From assembly GCA_002633005.1 (NCBI GenBank), contig NMRA01000218.1, forward strand, positions 391,113 through 455,112: a DNA stretch of 64,000 nucleotides, written 5' to 3'. Positions 1 to 14,636 of the stretch are shown here, piece after piece. Both the position numbers and the translations under genes were made by a program. Position 1 is the stretch's first letter. Each line of letters opens with the position of its first letter. The notes under the pieces were generated by a model. That model saw nothing but the letters and a program-made list of their open reading frames with translations, searched no databases and was not told the DNA's origin. The stretch comes from Phoronis australis (Eukaryota; Animalia; Phoronida).

Positions 1-2839
1 GCGGCAAAAAATAATCTACGTGAAAAGGCAATAAGCAACGTGTTAGTAGGTGCGCTTTTTATTTGATCAGACAGTAACTAATGATAGTTCTTTTAATAAG
101 ATATTCGACGACAATCTCCAAGTACCTTTGATGGTGAATCAAAATTCACTAAATAAAAGTCATGCTTGACGTCTCAAATGACGAGCTCCGTGTTCGGTTT
201 GTAGATTTTTGCATGCCTTTGAGGACACGAGTTTTGGTCACAGGTGACGTTACATGTACTTAACACGAGACAATCGTGAGACATTACATGCGAAAAATAC
301 TAAATGCAGTTAATATTAATTACAGCAGAGATCTTGGAGATTATGCCATAATCCAACATTCACAACAATCACTTCAGTTGCCGCCATTTTGTTAGCTACG
401 ACAGTCACGTGGCCTCCAATGGTTTACCAATGGTTTGTAAAACTTGGTAGTTGCTGGGATGATTGGGTGTCTAGATTACGAAGACCATGAAAGAAGTTCG
501 AACCTGCTGTGATTGAAAGTAAAAGACATTTACCCAGTCTTTGGCCCAATCTTTTACAGCCGTAGTTTTACATAAATCGTCACGAGTTGGAAGCTGACCG
601 TGTTGAAATAACACTAAAAATTCAGGTTTCCCCGGACACTTCCAACTTCCGATTTTGAAAAAAAAAACTTGACGGCACCTGCTGATCACTTGTTTCTTAG
701 AATCTATAGGGCTTTGGCACTCAGAAATCCTTGTCTCCTGATTCACTGGGGTAATTTCGATGATTTTTAAAACTTTTTGTAACCGTAAAAGAAGGAATTT
801 GTAATCAGTTTCTATTGATGTTGTAAACAATGCCCTGGCCCAACATGCTCTTCGTATTAAGTTTCGTGCAACTTGTGATCTATAGAACCTGTGTAGACAT
901 TGTTTCTCAAATTGTTCAGCGTCTCTATATACATGAAGTTATTTTTCCAATTTCAAATTAGCGCAAGTATTCAACCTCATTGTGTTTCACATTTTCGTTT
1001 GCAGTCCACACTGGTTGGATCTAGAATGTTGTCGATACATCAGAATTATGTTGGCTTCATAAGAACAGCTTTGATATTATAGTGCTTGCAATCATGAACA
1101 CAACTTTACCGCCCCATGTAACTTTATCCGACCGTTCATCCGATTCTCGTTTCACATCAAGTTAACACACAATAGTTATTTTAGCCATAACCAAGTTTCC
1201 TTCCAGCATTAAACATTGGCAACTCGGATGGGTAGGACGTTTTTGAGACTTGCAATGAATGTGAAAGTTACAATTGTGATTTATTGATATTGAACCTGTT
1301 TTCACTGAAAAAATCGACCATTTGACTGATTTTTCTCAGTCGTAGTTTTCTAAAACTTTTACTTGCTGCAGGAAATTTGTTTACCTTTTCAAACACTTCA
1401 GAATTGTAAAAATCAATTTGATCGATAACTAGTCACTTTTTGAGCCTGGATGATATACATGTAGGCAGTCGGAGAGCAAGCATTGTGTTGGTTGGCTGGG
1501 AATGACGAGTTGAAAGCTTGCATTTTTGTGTACGTTCTTCTCTTTTTTGATGAAGTAGGTTGAATTTGCGGTAGTTGTAAAAGAGGGAAATTAGGTTTTG
1601 CAATCTGTTTATGTAAGGTTTTCGAGCATACTTTTCTCTATAACCTGTAGACGACAGGAAGACATGGTGTAGCTGTTTGATCTTGGATTTTAATGCCGAA
1701 ACCATCAAAAGATGCTTAGTGACACCTAAGGTATCGGGCTTAATTGATAAAAACTTGACTTCCAGTCATGTTAGTTTTGCGTTGTCTTGCGTGACCTCTC
1801 CTATTTCGCAAGATAGTTGCTCAACTGCACGCTTCCCAGAAAGGTGTGCATATCCGCGCATGCGATGTTGTCTGTTCCATGGAGGATTTGTTATGGAGGC
1901 AAAATCGAGAATTGTGATTAGCTGTAGCTGCAAGTTTCTTGTGTAGTAGGGACATTTTCAATTCATTTGCGGCGGGAGAATCGGCTGAAGACCGTAGTCT
2001 CATCGAGCATGTAATGGTGACCGAAGACCATGCATTGGTTCATGAATATTTTAACATTGGCATCAGACTATTGGATTTCTATTCAGAGTCATTTGATAGT
2101 GATTTGGGAAGCAAATTCGCGATTGCGTTTGCGGTTTATTAATTATCAGATATTTCCCACATTGTTAGACCCGATTAGGCATTCATATTTATACTCAAAG
2201 GATCCATTTCATTTATTGAAATGTTACACAGAGCAAATCCATAAAATGCCAAGGGGTATGACATACTGTAGTCACGTTATTGTCACAAATATCAAAATAA
2301 AACACGAGATGGTCACGTCACACCACAATTAAAACTTCGGCTCTGTTTAGTTGTCAGTTCTTAAAAGCATTTTTGTCGCATGAGCCAGCCAATTAAGTCA
2401 TAGGCAATGATGTGTACCTGCGCCATTTTCGAATCCATAATTGACCTATCGCCAGGCTTTTGACTGGCTGCATAACTGACCAATCATAACACAGAATTCT
2501 TGACACACGTTCGGGTGCATTTCCAAGTCGCCATTTTACCCGACAAAGTACACCTAAGGCATTCACTTGGCTCATTGGCTGGCATTCGGGTCACTACTAA
2601 TTATAATATTACGTCATTGTGTCAAAATCTTTGAGCATAAGATGGCAGACGACTGCGCGGAAAGGTAAAAAGAAGCAAAGTACGATTGCGTAAGACCCTG
2701 TATGATTCCATGCATACCTGAGGGAATTGGATGCACTTAGTACTAGCGCACTCGACAAGTATTTTCCCCATACTGGGTATTTCTTCTGATTGATATCCAT
2801 TTCCCAGAATCATGGGAAATTCGAAAGACATTAGCTCTG

Positions 2840-3125
2840 GGGTCTGAAAAGTGGCTTAAGACTTACAGTAAGCCAGGAATTATGTCCTACGTTCCACGCA
2901 ATGATTTCAGAAATGAAACCTCACTTGTACAAGTGTATGTGCAAAAGTGTAAAATCTCTGAGAATACACTCATACACCCTGGTTACTGAACATTTTCTAT
3001 CAATTATTTCTAGACTGTGATGCGTTAATAATTTCTTGGCTAAATCGTTTTTCTGCAGTTGTGAAGTGGAAGCCTCAGAGCAAATTTCTGTCTCAAGTCT
3101 TAAGCCACGTTTATGAAACAGGCCC
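2840..3125. mobile_element. Harbinger-like MITE, degraded
   Basis: Inverted gtggcttaagactt (2851) / aagtcttaagccac (3095); terminal tttatgaaacaggccc. Confidence 0.55.
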
Positions 3126-4212
3126 GTGTTTGAACTGAGTATTGGCTAGGACAGAAGTATGTAGAGCTATTGACCAAATCCCTTTGCAGTAATGATTAAA
3201 ATTAGCACATAAGCAGAAAAAAGCATCTCCGAGGGCATCCTCAACGCGTAATTTCGGAGGCTTTTCATAACTTCGACTGCACGAAATTGAGTAGTTTCTG
3301 CAAGTCATTTGAATCTCAAATAACGTTCATTCAATACAATTTGTCTTTTCCGTACGGCGTTATAAAGTATACAAAAATTATAAGTTAAGCTTGAGAAACG
3401 ATTTTCCTTCCAAATCGGACCCTCGTCTAACGGAATTTTATGGAGTTGTGACTGTTTTTCATTAACCTGAAACAATACTATGCAATGAAGAATGACTTTC
3501 TTACCTGCACTGTGGCTATTCACAACTCACTTCGCTGCAAGCCGGATCTACATGTACACGTACCAATCAATCTACGATTTTAAAAATATTTTAAGAGTAA
3601 TGAAACCCTCGACTACTCTTCGATTGGCTGATACTGGGAACATCACTCGTATCTAGGAAACGCATTGATTACATGTACAAATCACGAATTCTATCATTCA
3701 AACCTTCAGAGATTGAACAATTTCTGTGCGTTACGTTTTCTAAAGGTTCGTAAAGTTTGTCCCAAGTTCAAGCTTGCCATCCAAGCGAGAACAAACGTAT
3801 TATCAAACGTATACTTCTTAAACGAAAGCCTACCGAAAAGCTGCACTGGATTAAGGTTATGTTGTAAAATGTTCAATTTTGGCGAACTTCAGGACATCGC
3901 GTATCAGAAATGGCCGACCGGATTAACATATATACTATGCTTTACACACTCTTCTACGAAATGGTTTTGGGAACTGTTTTTAAAATGTTTCAATTTTGCA
4001 TGAGGGCTTTCAAAATATGACTTGTATGATTTTCATGGAAAACACTAAAACAGCATAAAACAAAAGCAAAACGATAATTTCGAAAACTGTAACATCGTTT
4101 TTGTAATTTGATATTGGAGATTTATATCAAACAAAATTTAGTCATGTTATTGATACTGTCGTTTTGAATGTGTCTTTCTTTTTTGCTAAATTTTCATTAC
4201 AAAGGCATCTGT

Positions 4213-4410
4213 AGAAGTAGTAATAGTAGCAACGGTAGCAGCAGCAGTAGCATCATCATCATCAGCAGCAGCGGCGACGGCAGCGGCGGAAGCAGCAGCA
4301 GCAGCAGTAGCGCAACAGTAACAGCAGTATCAGCAGCAGTAGTACAAGTAGTAGCATTAGCGATAGTACCAGTAGCAGTAGGAGTAGCAGCACCGCAACC
4401 ACCACCACAA

Positions 4411-4471
<61 letters not shown>

Positions 4472-4595
4472 CAACAGTAGTAGTAGTCGTAGTAGTAGTA
4501 GTAGAAGAAGTAGCAGTAGCAGTAGCAGTGACAGCGGCAGCGGCAGTGGCAGCGGCAGCGGCAGCGGCAGCGGCAGTGGCAGTGGCAGTAGTAAT
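4213..4595. repeat. Compound trinucleotide microsatellite (GCA/GTA/CCA/TCA/GCG)
   Basis: Directly visible; produces spurious homopolymer ORFs. Confidence 0.95.
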
Positions 4596-7500
4596 AGATA
4601 CGATTAAGTGGAGTAACATCTATTCAATATCAACCGGCAACTTACGTTGGCTACGTGATACTTCATTGATTATGGATTTGATTGCCTAATATCCACCGAA
4701 TCTTCGGTCTGAGACACGGACGCATCCGTAAAGACGTGAGTATCGTGCACGCGCGCTAGTAGAGAGCTTGATAGGAAGCAAATCAATGAGGTACAGAAAA
4801 TGTTCTAATGTCAGTTACTTAACGCGCAATACTAAACTTGACTCTGTCCGTTAAGAGCTCGTGACAGAATAGAACGGTAGACTTTGGTATGTGAAAAAAT
4901 AAGATGTTTTTTTCAAATTTGGATTACAGATGAACTCAGACGATGATTCACAATTAAAGTAGACGCAACTGCCGTACAATGAAGACTGTCCTCAAGGTCC
5001 AAGCGAAATACTTCACATATGACACATTTCATTATTGATTCAATTTGTTTCGTGTTTCATTAAGCCATCGAAAATCGGAAATGAAGTTTAAAGTTCCTCC
5101 TACATGAACATTACAGCCACAGATATACCCAAGTACTTAGACCTAACTATTGTCTTGTGTTATTGGCCACGTTGTGCTTTGATGGTTCCCACAAAATACA
5201 GATTGTTTGAAAAAGATGGGTGGCATTTGAAAGCAATACTTTTCACACTGGTAATACGTCGCTGTTACACAAAACGTTATTAGTTACAGGCGGACCATTT
5301 AATAAGTACTCGATCCGTACACCACCCAGTACAAGCGGAGTATACGGAACCAATTGTTTGCAATTGCACAAGTGTACATGTACATTTATTGGGTTCTTCT
5401 GTTTTGGACGTCTTTTCAGTTCATGGTATACGTTTCAAATTTACCTAAACAGCTTTGAGGCAAGAACATAACAGGCTGAGTTATAGACGGTATTGAAGTT
5501 TTGAAAATGTGCAGATCTGCATTTCACAAATATTTATGTAAGTTGCAATCTCGACATCTACACAATTAGGCTAATTAGACCCATTGACCAAGGGTGTAGC
5601 TACCGTATATGCAAATACTCAGGTGCGTCCAAACAAAAATGCAAGAATAAAACGTAAATAGTCAATTTTCCAAAAAGTCCGTGAATATGTTTTCTTTTTA
5701 AAGTCATAAAAGTACTCTTTATTAAAAATATTTTAAAAATTGCTCCCAAATGCCACGGTCAAAATTTATAAACGACCACAGCAGTACTTAAACTGACAAA
5801 ACTGTTGTTAACAACAAGCCGTGCGTCGGGCTACATGTATGTGCGCACTAAAAAAATGACTAGCTGCGCCGACTTTCACTACCACTTACAGTGTATAGAA
5901 ATATTGACACTGTGAAGAACAACTTGTCTATCAAATATGTCAGCTAGTCCGGCTTAGTTGCTACATGTACTTGTACGTCAAACATAGGCGCCAAAACCGT
6001 CTCGTATAAGAACTGTGACGATTCTTAAACTGTTGCAAACAAATTGTATCAGTCGCTATATTTGATATCGATGTTGAAGCGCAATTTATGAGCTGTTGAT
6101 TTTTTTCGCATCAGCATTTTATGTAGACAAAACGAGCACGATACCATCAAACTTCGAAAGGACCTCACAAACCAGGAGTGCGCTGACGTTCCTTTGCGAA
6201 TATGGTGATAATTGTGAAGGTCACTTATCTACAAGTGTGGAAACGGCACATTTTAAAAGGCAAAGACTGAATGATTGAATCACAAGTGATGGACAGTAAT
6301 TGACGGACAGTAGCTGCATTCCGCCCTTTTTAATTACCTCAAACGAAAATCACATTTTCTCTTCCACTCTCATCGAATACGTCTTCTCCTCACTGTGATC
6401 GGATTCTGTTTCTGTTACCAGTTTTAAGTAATGGGTAATACGTAAATGGCCCACGTTCAAATTCGCAATCTTAGATTGGTCAATCACAATATACGATCGG
6501 TAGACTCTGGAGCGTTTTCTTGAATCATCGACGGTTTTGCTGTACTTGTTGAAAACGGGATAGAATCCTTCCACGGTAAGAGATATTATGAGACCGATTT
6601 ATAGAGTAAAGGCATAATTCGGGTTTTGTATTTAAGCAGCTAACAGGGGGCGACACCAGATGTCTATGTTATGAATGAACAATGTCCCATGATCTGAAGT
6701 GATGAATATATCGATCATTCGCCAATTCTCTTCATAAATCGCTTCATTAGTTAGGCACCATTTGTCTTCCACAAACATGACATATCTACATGATTTTTAC
6801 ATTCGTAACATCGTCGTAAGCTGTATCAAGATAGTCCCTGTCTTCCGTTGAGATCTAGTCGTCGTGATTTATACGCGTGTCACTTTTGGCTCAAATATAC
6901 GGGTTGCAGTTAATAAACATCGAAATGTACGTGTACATTGCAGCTTATATGTAGGCTTCAGAAAATACTGAATGTTCTGTCTACGTTATACTGTATTAAG
7001 GGTACAAATGAATTTCAGACCATGTCATGTTCTGTGATCAGGTACACGAACGTAAATATAATCTGTAGTGGAAGAGCGCATATGCACCAGTCACACTTGA
7101 AGGTTTTTAATTTGAAATTCGAATAACATTATTCCGTAATCATCATAGCCTACAGCATTTTGGAGAATCAATAAAGCTGCCTGATCAACGTGAGCGATAT
7201 GTGATTTAATTTTAATTAATTTGCTAGACAATTTTAACTGGCTTAAAAGTGACATCATTTAGCACAGCCAGTTCTAATTTTAAACAGATTGTCACTAAAA
7301 GGGTTTTAATCTGTTTCATAATTAAGTTAAGTGCTTGCTGCATTGAGCATTTAAAGAACAGAAAATTCGCCATTCATATTTACATGTGAATAATCTATGC
7401 AACGCTGTTGCGGACACACCTAGCACGCACTTCTCATGTTGTGCACACCTGCCTTGAATCGATCAAAGCAAAACAAAAAATCCCTGATATCATGAAACGC

Positions 7501-7829
7501 CATGGTTCCTTCTAATTGTGAAATTTAAAGGAACATCGGTTTGATTAGCGTAATTTGACGAGAACACACAGTATTTTACAAGCGTTTCACTTTATCACGA
7601 GACACCCATCTCTGGTGCATACATCGACAGATAACCAACAACTAGTCAGTAAGTCAAAAATATTAGTCCATGAAATACAATGGATAGAGCCGCACTAATT
7701 TAATGACCAACCTACATGTACTTAATCGTTTTTAATTTCCAAGATACAAGTTCGCAAACATGGTTCTCTATCGACCAATTGTGTCTGTGATCAACACTAG
7801 AGGTCGTAACTAAGACGTGGTCGGGCCGA

Positions 7830-7962
7830 GGGGTCCGCTTCATGAAACTATTTTAGTGTTAGGTTAGACCGAAATAACAATCCTGTCATTTCATCACATG
7901 TCACGTTGATTTGGTGAATAAGGCTGAAAACTTGAAACTTAAACGTTCATGAAACGAAGCCC
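7830..7962. mobile_element. Short Harbinger-like MITE
   Basis: gggtccgcttcatgaaac ... gttcatgaaacgaagccc inverted ends. Confidence 0.5.
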
Positions 7963-8160
7963 TGGACGGCCTTCTCGACCGTTCTACTTTCTCATTAAAA
8001 CACCATACTAATACAATGCATTGCTTTTCAGTTGCTCATAATTAATATTGACACTAAACGTTGTTTTTCAATCCGCAAACCAGCTTATTTAAAATTGATT
8101 TCGTTCTGTTTAGCTAAAAACTGAATTTAAATTAGTCTTTTTAGACTCATGAAATCAGTC

Positions 8161-8269
8161 TCATAACATCGCGTCGTCATAACATTTCGCGTCGTCATAA
8201 CATTACGCGTCGTCCTAACAGTTCGCGTCGTCCTAACAGTTCGCGTCGTCATAACATTCCGCGTCGTCA
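8161..8269. repeat. 18-bp minisatellite x6 (tcataacatttcgcgtcg)
   Basis: Six head-to-tail units, no spacers. Confidence 0.92.
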
Positions 8270-11200
8270 AAGGACTCCATTTTCGTTACAAAGAGTACAT
8301 CCAACGAACAAGTGACTTAAGAAGAGGTTTTTCAGTTCATTGGGGTTGATCAACTCTAAATTTGTGAATTAGAAAATGGCGCCTCCAGCCATTGCCTATG
8401 TTCTAATTGGCTGAAATACATGCTTAACGAGCCAGCAGAAATTTAAGAACAGTTAAAACTGTCATTGAAAAATCGCTTGGCTTCATAATGATCTACTTCG
8501 ACAAAAAAAGTCCAATCCAGCAAACCGAACTTCAATTGGTTAAGATCCATATTTCGAAGGACAACTGCTTTATAAAAACGGTTTTGTTTAGGTACAGTTG
8601 TATACGCAACATCTTATTCAACTCGTGGTCAATAATATTGTTCTAACGTATAAAACTAAATTTTCTAGGAAAATTTTCTCATCCAGAGTCATGTTACAGC
8701 GTTCTTATTGAATTGATGTTCATTGGCTCCACTAATTTGCCAGGGATTCCATTGTCGGCCACATTGCTTTAACGACTATATCTGTACCTCCGTGACAATC
8801 CCATTAGAATGATACTTGCCTAAAGCAATAACGATCCATCAGTTATTCTCAAGCCAAATCCAACTCTAATCTGATCAAGAAATAATATGAGACCGATTTT
8901 ATAACAGTAAATGATCTCAGTCAAAAGTTGGTTTTGGACAAACGGGCTTCATTGCATCTTTAAGACGGCAGCATTTCGCATTACGTAACCCTGGTAACAC
9001 TGTCAAGGACTATTGTTTCTCAAAATTATTTTGCAAATGTGTCTTGAAACCAAACTTTGAATTACGTCATTGGGTAGCATCAAGTTGATTTTACTTTGAG
9101 GCTCGCCAAGATTCAAACATTTCTTATACATTGCAACCATTTTCCACAGATAAATGCACGGTCATCCTTAAAAAATAAGTCAATGATATCACACAAAGTT
9201 CAAGTGAGCTGCTTTTCTTGATAAGAAGTTATTTGTCAAAGCGTCAAAACGAATAAATAATCAATTGCTTAACCAATCCTTTTAAAAACAAAATTCTGCG
9301 TTCTTTCGGAGGTCCAAATTTTGCTCTTTGACGTTTTAATAGCCCAAAAAATACAATTTAGGAGCTTAATCCATGACAGGTGTTATTCGATCAATATAAA
9401 AAGAATATCGACTCACTCATTTTGAATCAGTTGACTTACCCCAGTCTTCAAGTCCTTACTCAAAATAGAGTAACACTTGCAAACACAATATTTACGTTTA
9501 CAAGTCAATAGTCATGCTGGTTGAGTGCCTAGATTTACGGGTGCGACTCGGGTTTCCCTTTTAAAGGCATCCTGAGCCGCGCTTATAAATTGTGAAACAA
9601 ATAAATCTTAAGCAAATTAAATGCAGTGTAGTAACTTGTAGGGGTAGTCACTTATGCCAGCTTCGTAAATATTTAATGGATTTATTGGTAGGTGATAAAC
9701 GCTTTAATGAACAACTTATATTACGAGTTTTCTATTTATTCATAGATTTATCGGTATTTATGAAATATTGTAAAATCTGGAGAAAAATCAATACTTGATG
9801 ACAAGAATAGTATCCTTTGTGATATAAGATATAACCAAAATGCCGTGATGAGTGAAACCAATGATCAGACGAAGATGACACCCCGGAACTCCGGAACTAC
9901 AGGATAGAGTACCTTTGAAAGAATAGAAGTGCCATAATGGGCGACAGTGAAGCATGGGCTCGGGTAAAGTGGGCTCATTTGAAGAGCATTACAGGAGTTT
10001 ACCTCAGCCAACACTTCAGCAGGTGTTCGGAGTTTTCGTAAAAAATGTTTCTATTTTCTTATGTTAATGTGTGTTTATGTTGCTCTTATTTTAGCAGAAA
10101 TCTGCGAGGGAAGTGACGCTAGACTGCCATATGGAGCCACGCGACCTTCAGGTACAATGTTCCGGCTTACTCGCAACGAAGTTGCCTTTGTCCGGTAATT
10201 TGAGATTGCAAGCATGATGTCTAAAATTATAACACTATGGTACTTACCCCCCCCCCTCAAATAAACCCTGCAAATTACCAGCCGTTTTCAAAGCAGATTT
10301 ACCTGAGAAAAGCGAGTTTCATATAATTAAGCCCAGATAAAAAAACAACTTTGAGATTCATGCAGGAAATTCTGTGAAACAATTAACCAAACAATGAAAA
10401 CACTGTAAATTTTCGAAGGCAATTTTAGGTGTACGCTTAAAACCAAACAGAGGTGAGCCTGAATCGATAGAAGAAATTCAAAGGGTATGCAAACCCGCAT
10501 GTCGATTCGACCATGCTCGGTTTTTACAGAAGTTCAACACACTGGCAGACCAGTCTACTGCTCGATTTTGTTTCCACTGTTGCTTATTCCAGGAAGGAAA
10601 GTAATACCCCTTAAACGTGGTTCGGCCTTTCGTCTACTTTTCTAGCATACAAGCGGGAATTTAGCCATTGACCTTTATTACGCGGGCTTCGGTCGGTACC
10701 ACGCTTTATCGCCCTCGCCGACCAGGTCGCAGCCCGATTACAGTCCGGGTTACTATATCTCAGGTGTGCTGCCGCATTGCTGATGAAGTTACCGTCTCGA
10801 TTTCAAACAACTTTGACTGGAAGCACGGTAAACACCACTAGACAGTTTGTCCACAGTGCAAAAGTATGCAGCGGTGGAGTTTCTTTCTGGAAATCACTAT
10901 AGTTTTTCGCCCACGGCAATTACTTTAAATTTATGTGCCAGTCTGACTGGAAGCCATTGCCAGGAACTGGCGATTTCTAATAATATCATAAAAGCACAGC
11001 GCAATATAATGTTTTAGTCAACAAAAACGTACGGAATGCTTTTTCGACCATAAAACCAACTGTTTACTTTTACTCGTTGGTAAACCCAGAAATCATAAGG
11101 GTTCTGCTAAGTTTGTTCAAGTATCTTATTGCTGAAAGATTGCTATTTGGCATCGCGACCAAAGTTCAGAGCCGGGCCTTTGTAGGCATATCGGCACTGC

Positions 11201-12349
11201 GTCAGTGGCAGCATGGCACACAGCTAATGCTCTGGTCATAGAATTGAACTCCTCCACGCTGAACACAAATTCCTTGTAGCGCTTTTTAAGTTCACATTTT
11301 CCGGGATTGTCCATACATTGTTCGTTCTTATCACTATATATCAACGACCTGTTCGCTCACACTCTCTTTCATCAACGGGGTCTTTGCCGCACTATAGTCA
11401 TACAGTATAACCGTCGGGATATGTCGAACATAAATGATGAGCCTATTTCAGTTATGATAATTTCCTAATGTAAGTAGTTATCTCGCCCGCTTACAGTGGA
11501 TGAAAGAATTATATATATGAGATATCATTTTTGTAGAAAATGTTTCGGCCATTTTGGATCATGTAATTGCAAGGTGTAGGTTAGGTTTAGACCGTTGTTG
11601 AAAATGAAAATGTTTGGCATTGTGACGCCAATTTTGCAAGATTTGATGAATTGGCGGTGTAAATTCTGTATCGGTCGTATCTGAAAGTCCCATTTATTAG
11701 AGATCATCTGTACCGGCGTCGCACTGTGTCTAACTTTAATCTTGATTGATGTTTACTGACTTTCGATAGAAATGTAATGTTTAGGTCGCTTAAAATTTAA
11801 AAGCTGCTAACTGTACTTTCGGTTTGTTTTTTAATTCGCAACCCATTTGTCACCTCTTGCAATAGCATTTCTGTATGCCTGTACTAAACGCAGACAACCC
11901 ATGTCACTGGCTGTTTGTGTGGATGTTGTAGACCAAATCGTATTGCTTTATACGATTTTCATTTAAAAAATTCCACTTACATTGTGCGGAATCACTTACG
12001 ACGCATGTACGATTTTTAGAAAGTGAAGCAGTCTCGCCCTGGCTTGTAACGTCATGGAATTGTAGCCTCCAACCCCTACATTTAACTCCAAAATCGCTAT
12101 CTAACTCTATGTAGACGTGGTTAATACACACTCAGTGCCGTCCAATACTGTTCGAGAAAGAATTCTCCACCGGAAAATGAATGCAGTAGTTATGATCTGG
12201 CGTGTTCAGCTACGAAACAGAATGAAGCGAATATTATATTGCACGGTAGTCATCGTGTCTAGAATACATGCGAAACCGTACTATTAAGCTGCATTTCTGA
12301 AATTAACTTTTAATTGACTAACGTCAAATTGCATTAGAGTAATACTCAC

Positions 12350-12393
12350 CTTTGCCTTGAAGAGAGTCCATCTGGTGTATCGGCAAGAGCCAT
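12350..12393 (-). other. Candidate first coding exon of an unresolved gene (MALADTPDGLSSRQR)
   Basis: ATG at 12393, consensus donor AAG|gtgagta, TATAAA ~90 nt upstream (~12485); no downstream exon identified. Confidence 0.35.
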
Positions 12394-14485
12394 CAAACGA
12401 ATACAAAAGAGGGAAAAGTTTTAAATCGCTTTGCAGTACCCGCCAATTGAAAACCGATCAACGAAGCAATTACATGCTTTTATAAAGGAAAGCGTGTAGT
12501 TCGGCGATAAAAAAATCGCTAGCATGAATACGCTTTTGCGCTATCGATCCTCCGCTAAAGACTTGAGAGAGCGAAAATAAATGGCTGGTCGTCTTCTACA
12601 TAGTGCAGTCAATGCTTCAACCAAACAGAAGTAAACGCGTTAGGCACATGGACGTAACCAGGCATTGGCTTTTGATCCCCCTTTCCGATTCACGAATGTT
12701 GTTTTTTAGTATACTTTTCAACAATAGAACAATCTTTTCTGTTTGGTTGAAAACCTCCAATAACGACAAAGTTGCTATCCACCACGGCTAGTCGCATTAC
12801 AGTTAATTGCTATGTTGTTTAGATCTGTATATTAATATTATCCTGCGTATCTATTTTAATTTGCTAATGATTCCATAACACAAGCCAGTAGTGCCTCAGT
12901 CGATTTATGAGTTTATATTCTTTTAATACAACCACTGAAGACGCAACCTTTTTATTAGCCAATAATATTTGCCTTTGGCGTATGCTCGTGAATGACAAAG
13001 CATTCGCTTGAAGGCATTAATATATAAATGGCTGAAATTTGCATAGGCCAGCTTTGAATATGCTTCAGAAACTTCCACTATTAAAGACCGCTAGTAATGA
13101 TTTTGCGACCTTTGCTGATGACGTCTTCGGTCAGGTAAATAACTTCGCGAGCTGGTTTCATAAAGATCGGTAGATTGGCGTATCCATTGTTTAATTTGTT
13201 TTTCTTTGATATAATAAAGATAATGGCAATCATTTATCGGTAACCGGTTTATGTGCGCCCAAGGTACGAAATATCCATTCGACCTATATTTATATATCTA
13301 ACAAAAACGCGACAAAGGAAAACTATGGTAGTGTCCCATAGGCAATAACCATGCGACACGCCTACTTGTATGCCCGTCGCATGAGTGTCGCAAGTTAAAC
13401 AATATCTTGCGACTTGTGACCTCCATACCACGTCAAAAATGATTTGGCATGGGAGTTCTAAAAAGTGTTAACACTCACACCATCACTAAAGTGGTGTTAA
13501 CACCTAGTGTAGGGGGCTCAGTGATGACATTATAACAATGATTTCCACACCTTTTTATACCTTTTCTCGCCGGTAAATGTTTATATTCTCTAATGTTGGG
13601 TTACCGTAGCTGTTGCATTGTAAGAGCGTGTAACATTCCGTGCTCAAGAGAGGTCTCTGAGGAAGCCATTGCGGAAGAAGTCAGAAACTTGTTAATAACA
13701 CTTGTATTGAAGAAAATGAGCTGCCATCGTACACACATCTATATGCATGTACATGTATGTATGGCTAAACGCCAAGTACCACATTCGGTATCAATGCTAT
13801 ACCACACACACGACTCAAATTGCAATGAGTCTGTTATATAAATGCTTTGCTACGAAGACTGCAGTCACCGGTGTTGAGTGGTGCAAACATCTTCCCAAAA
13901 ATGATAACCGCGAATTGAATTAACAAAAATCAAATGGAGAAATTGAAATTATTATCCCAGATACGCGGAGCGCTAATTAGGTCAAGCTGAAATCCTCAAT
14001 TTAACTCTGAAAATCGTGTTAGCGTCGTGAACCGTCCTGTTGAAGTCGCAACCAACAAATTCCTTCCTACTCTGGATGTAATCATGTTTAATGCTAACTT
14101 GCCGGAAGCCACGTGTTACAATCAAAACAGGAAAAATGTTTTTCAAAGACAATGCTTCGCATATAGGGCGTTTAAATCACAAATCAGGCAAAGGGTTCTT
14201 ATTTTTGACAGTCAAATGTCAACCTGAATTGACGTACGAGATAGTCAATCAATAAATCCATAGTTTTCGCGCTAATTGTCACAACAGTGATTGCAACGTT
14301 GGAATTTGAAAAATTGCGACCGGCATTACATAGACCTCCTTGTTGATTGCGGGCATGTTGATATGTGCAAAAGATTCTGGGAACGTTTTTGATGTTCAAA
14401 GGAGATCCCCAGCAACACGCCTGTAAAGTGCTGTGTGTGGATGTGACAAGCAAAGGGACCAAAAGGAAAGGCATGTTCACACCTG

Positions 14486-14636
14486 CCTCCCGTTCAGTAA
14501 CGCTAGGACCTAGCTTAAAAGCAAGACTTTGCGAGATTACGCGTGATATTGCCGTGTATTTTAAATAACAGCACGTGACCTTGACTAGCTTTTGGCTAGG
14601 TCCTAGCGCAGGTCCTAGCGTCTACTGAACGCACGG
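14486..14636. mobile_element. PIF/Harbinger-like MITE
   Basis: TIRs cctcccgttcagta..cgctaggacct / aggtcctagcg..tactgaacgcacgg; CTG on both sides; internal part recurs near 55170..55215. Confidence 0.7.

Noticed and set aside
4168-4689. Overlapping 70-173 aa ORFs rich in poly-S/A/V/T/L
   Set aside because: Translation products of a trinucleotide microsatellite, open on both strands
8161-8269. CRISPR-like array
   Set aside because: Contiguous 18-bp units without unique spacers; eukaryotic context; no cas genes
10400-11400. Coding-like minus-strand stretch around ORF 11126..11344
   Set aside because: Many stops, no recognisable motif, no consistent splice sites
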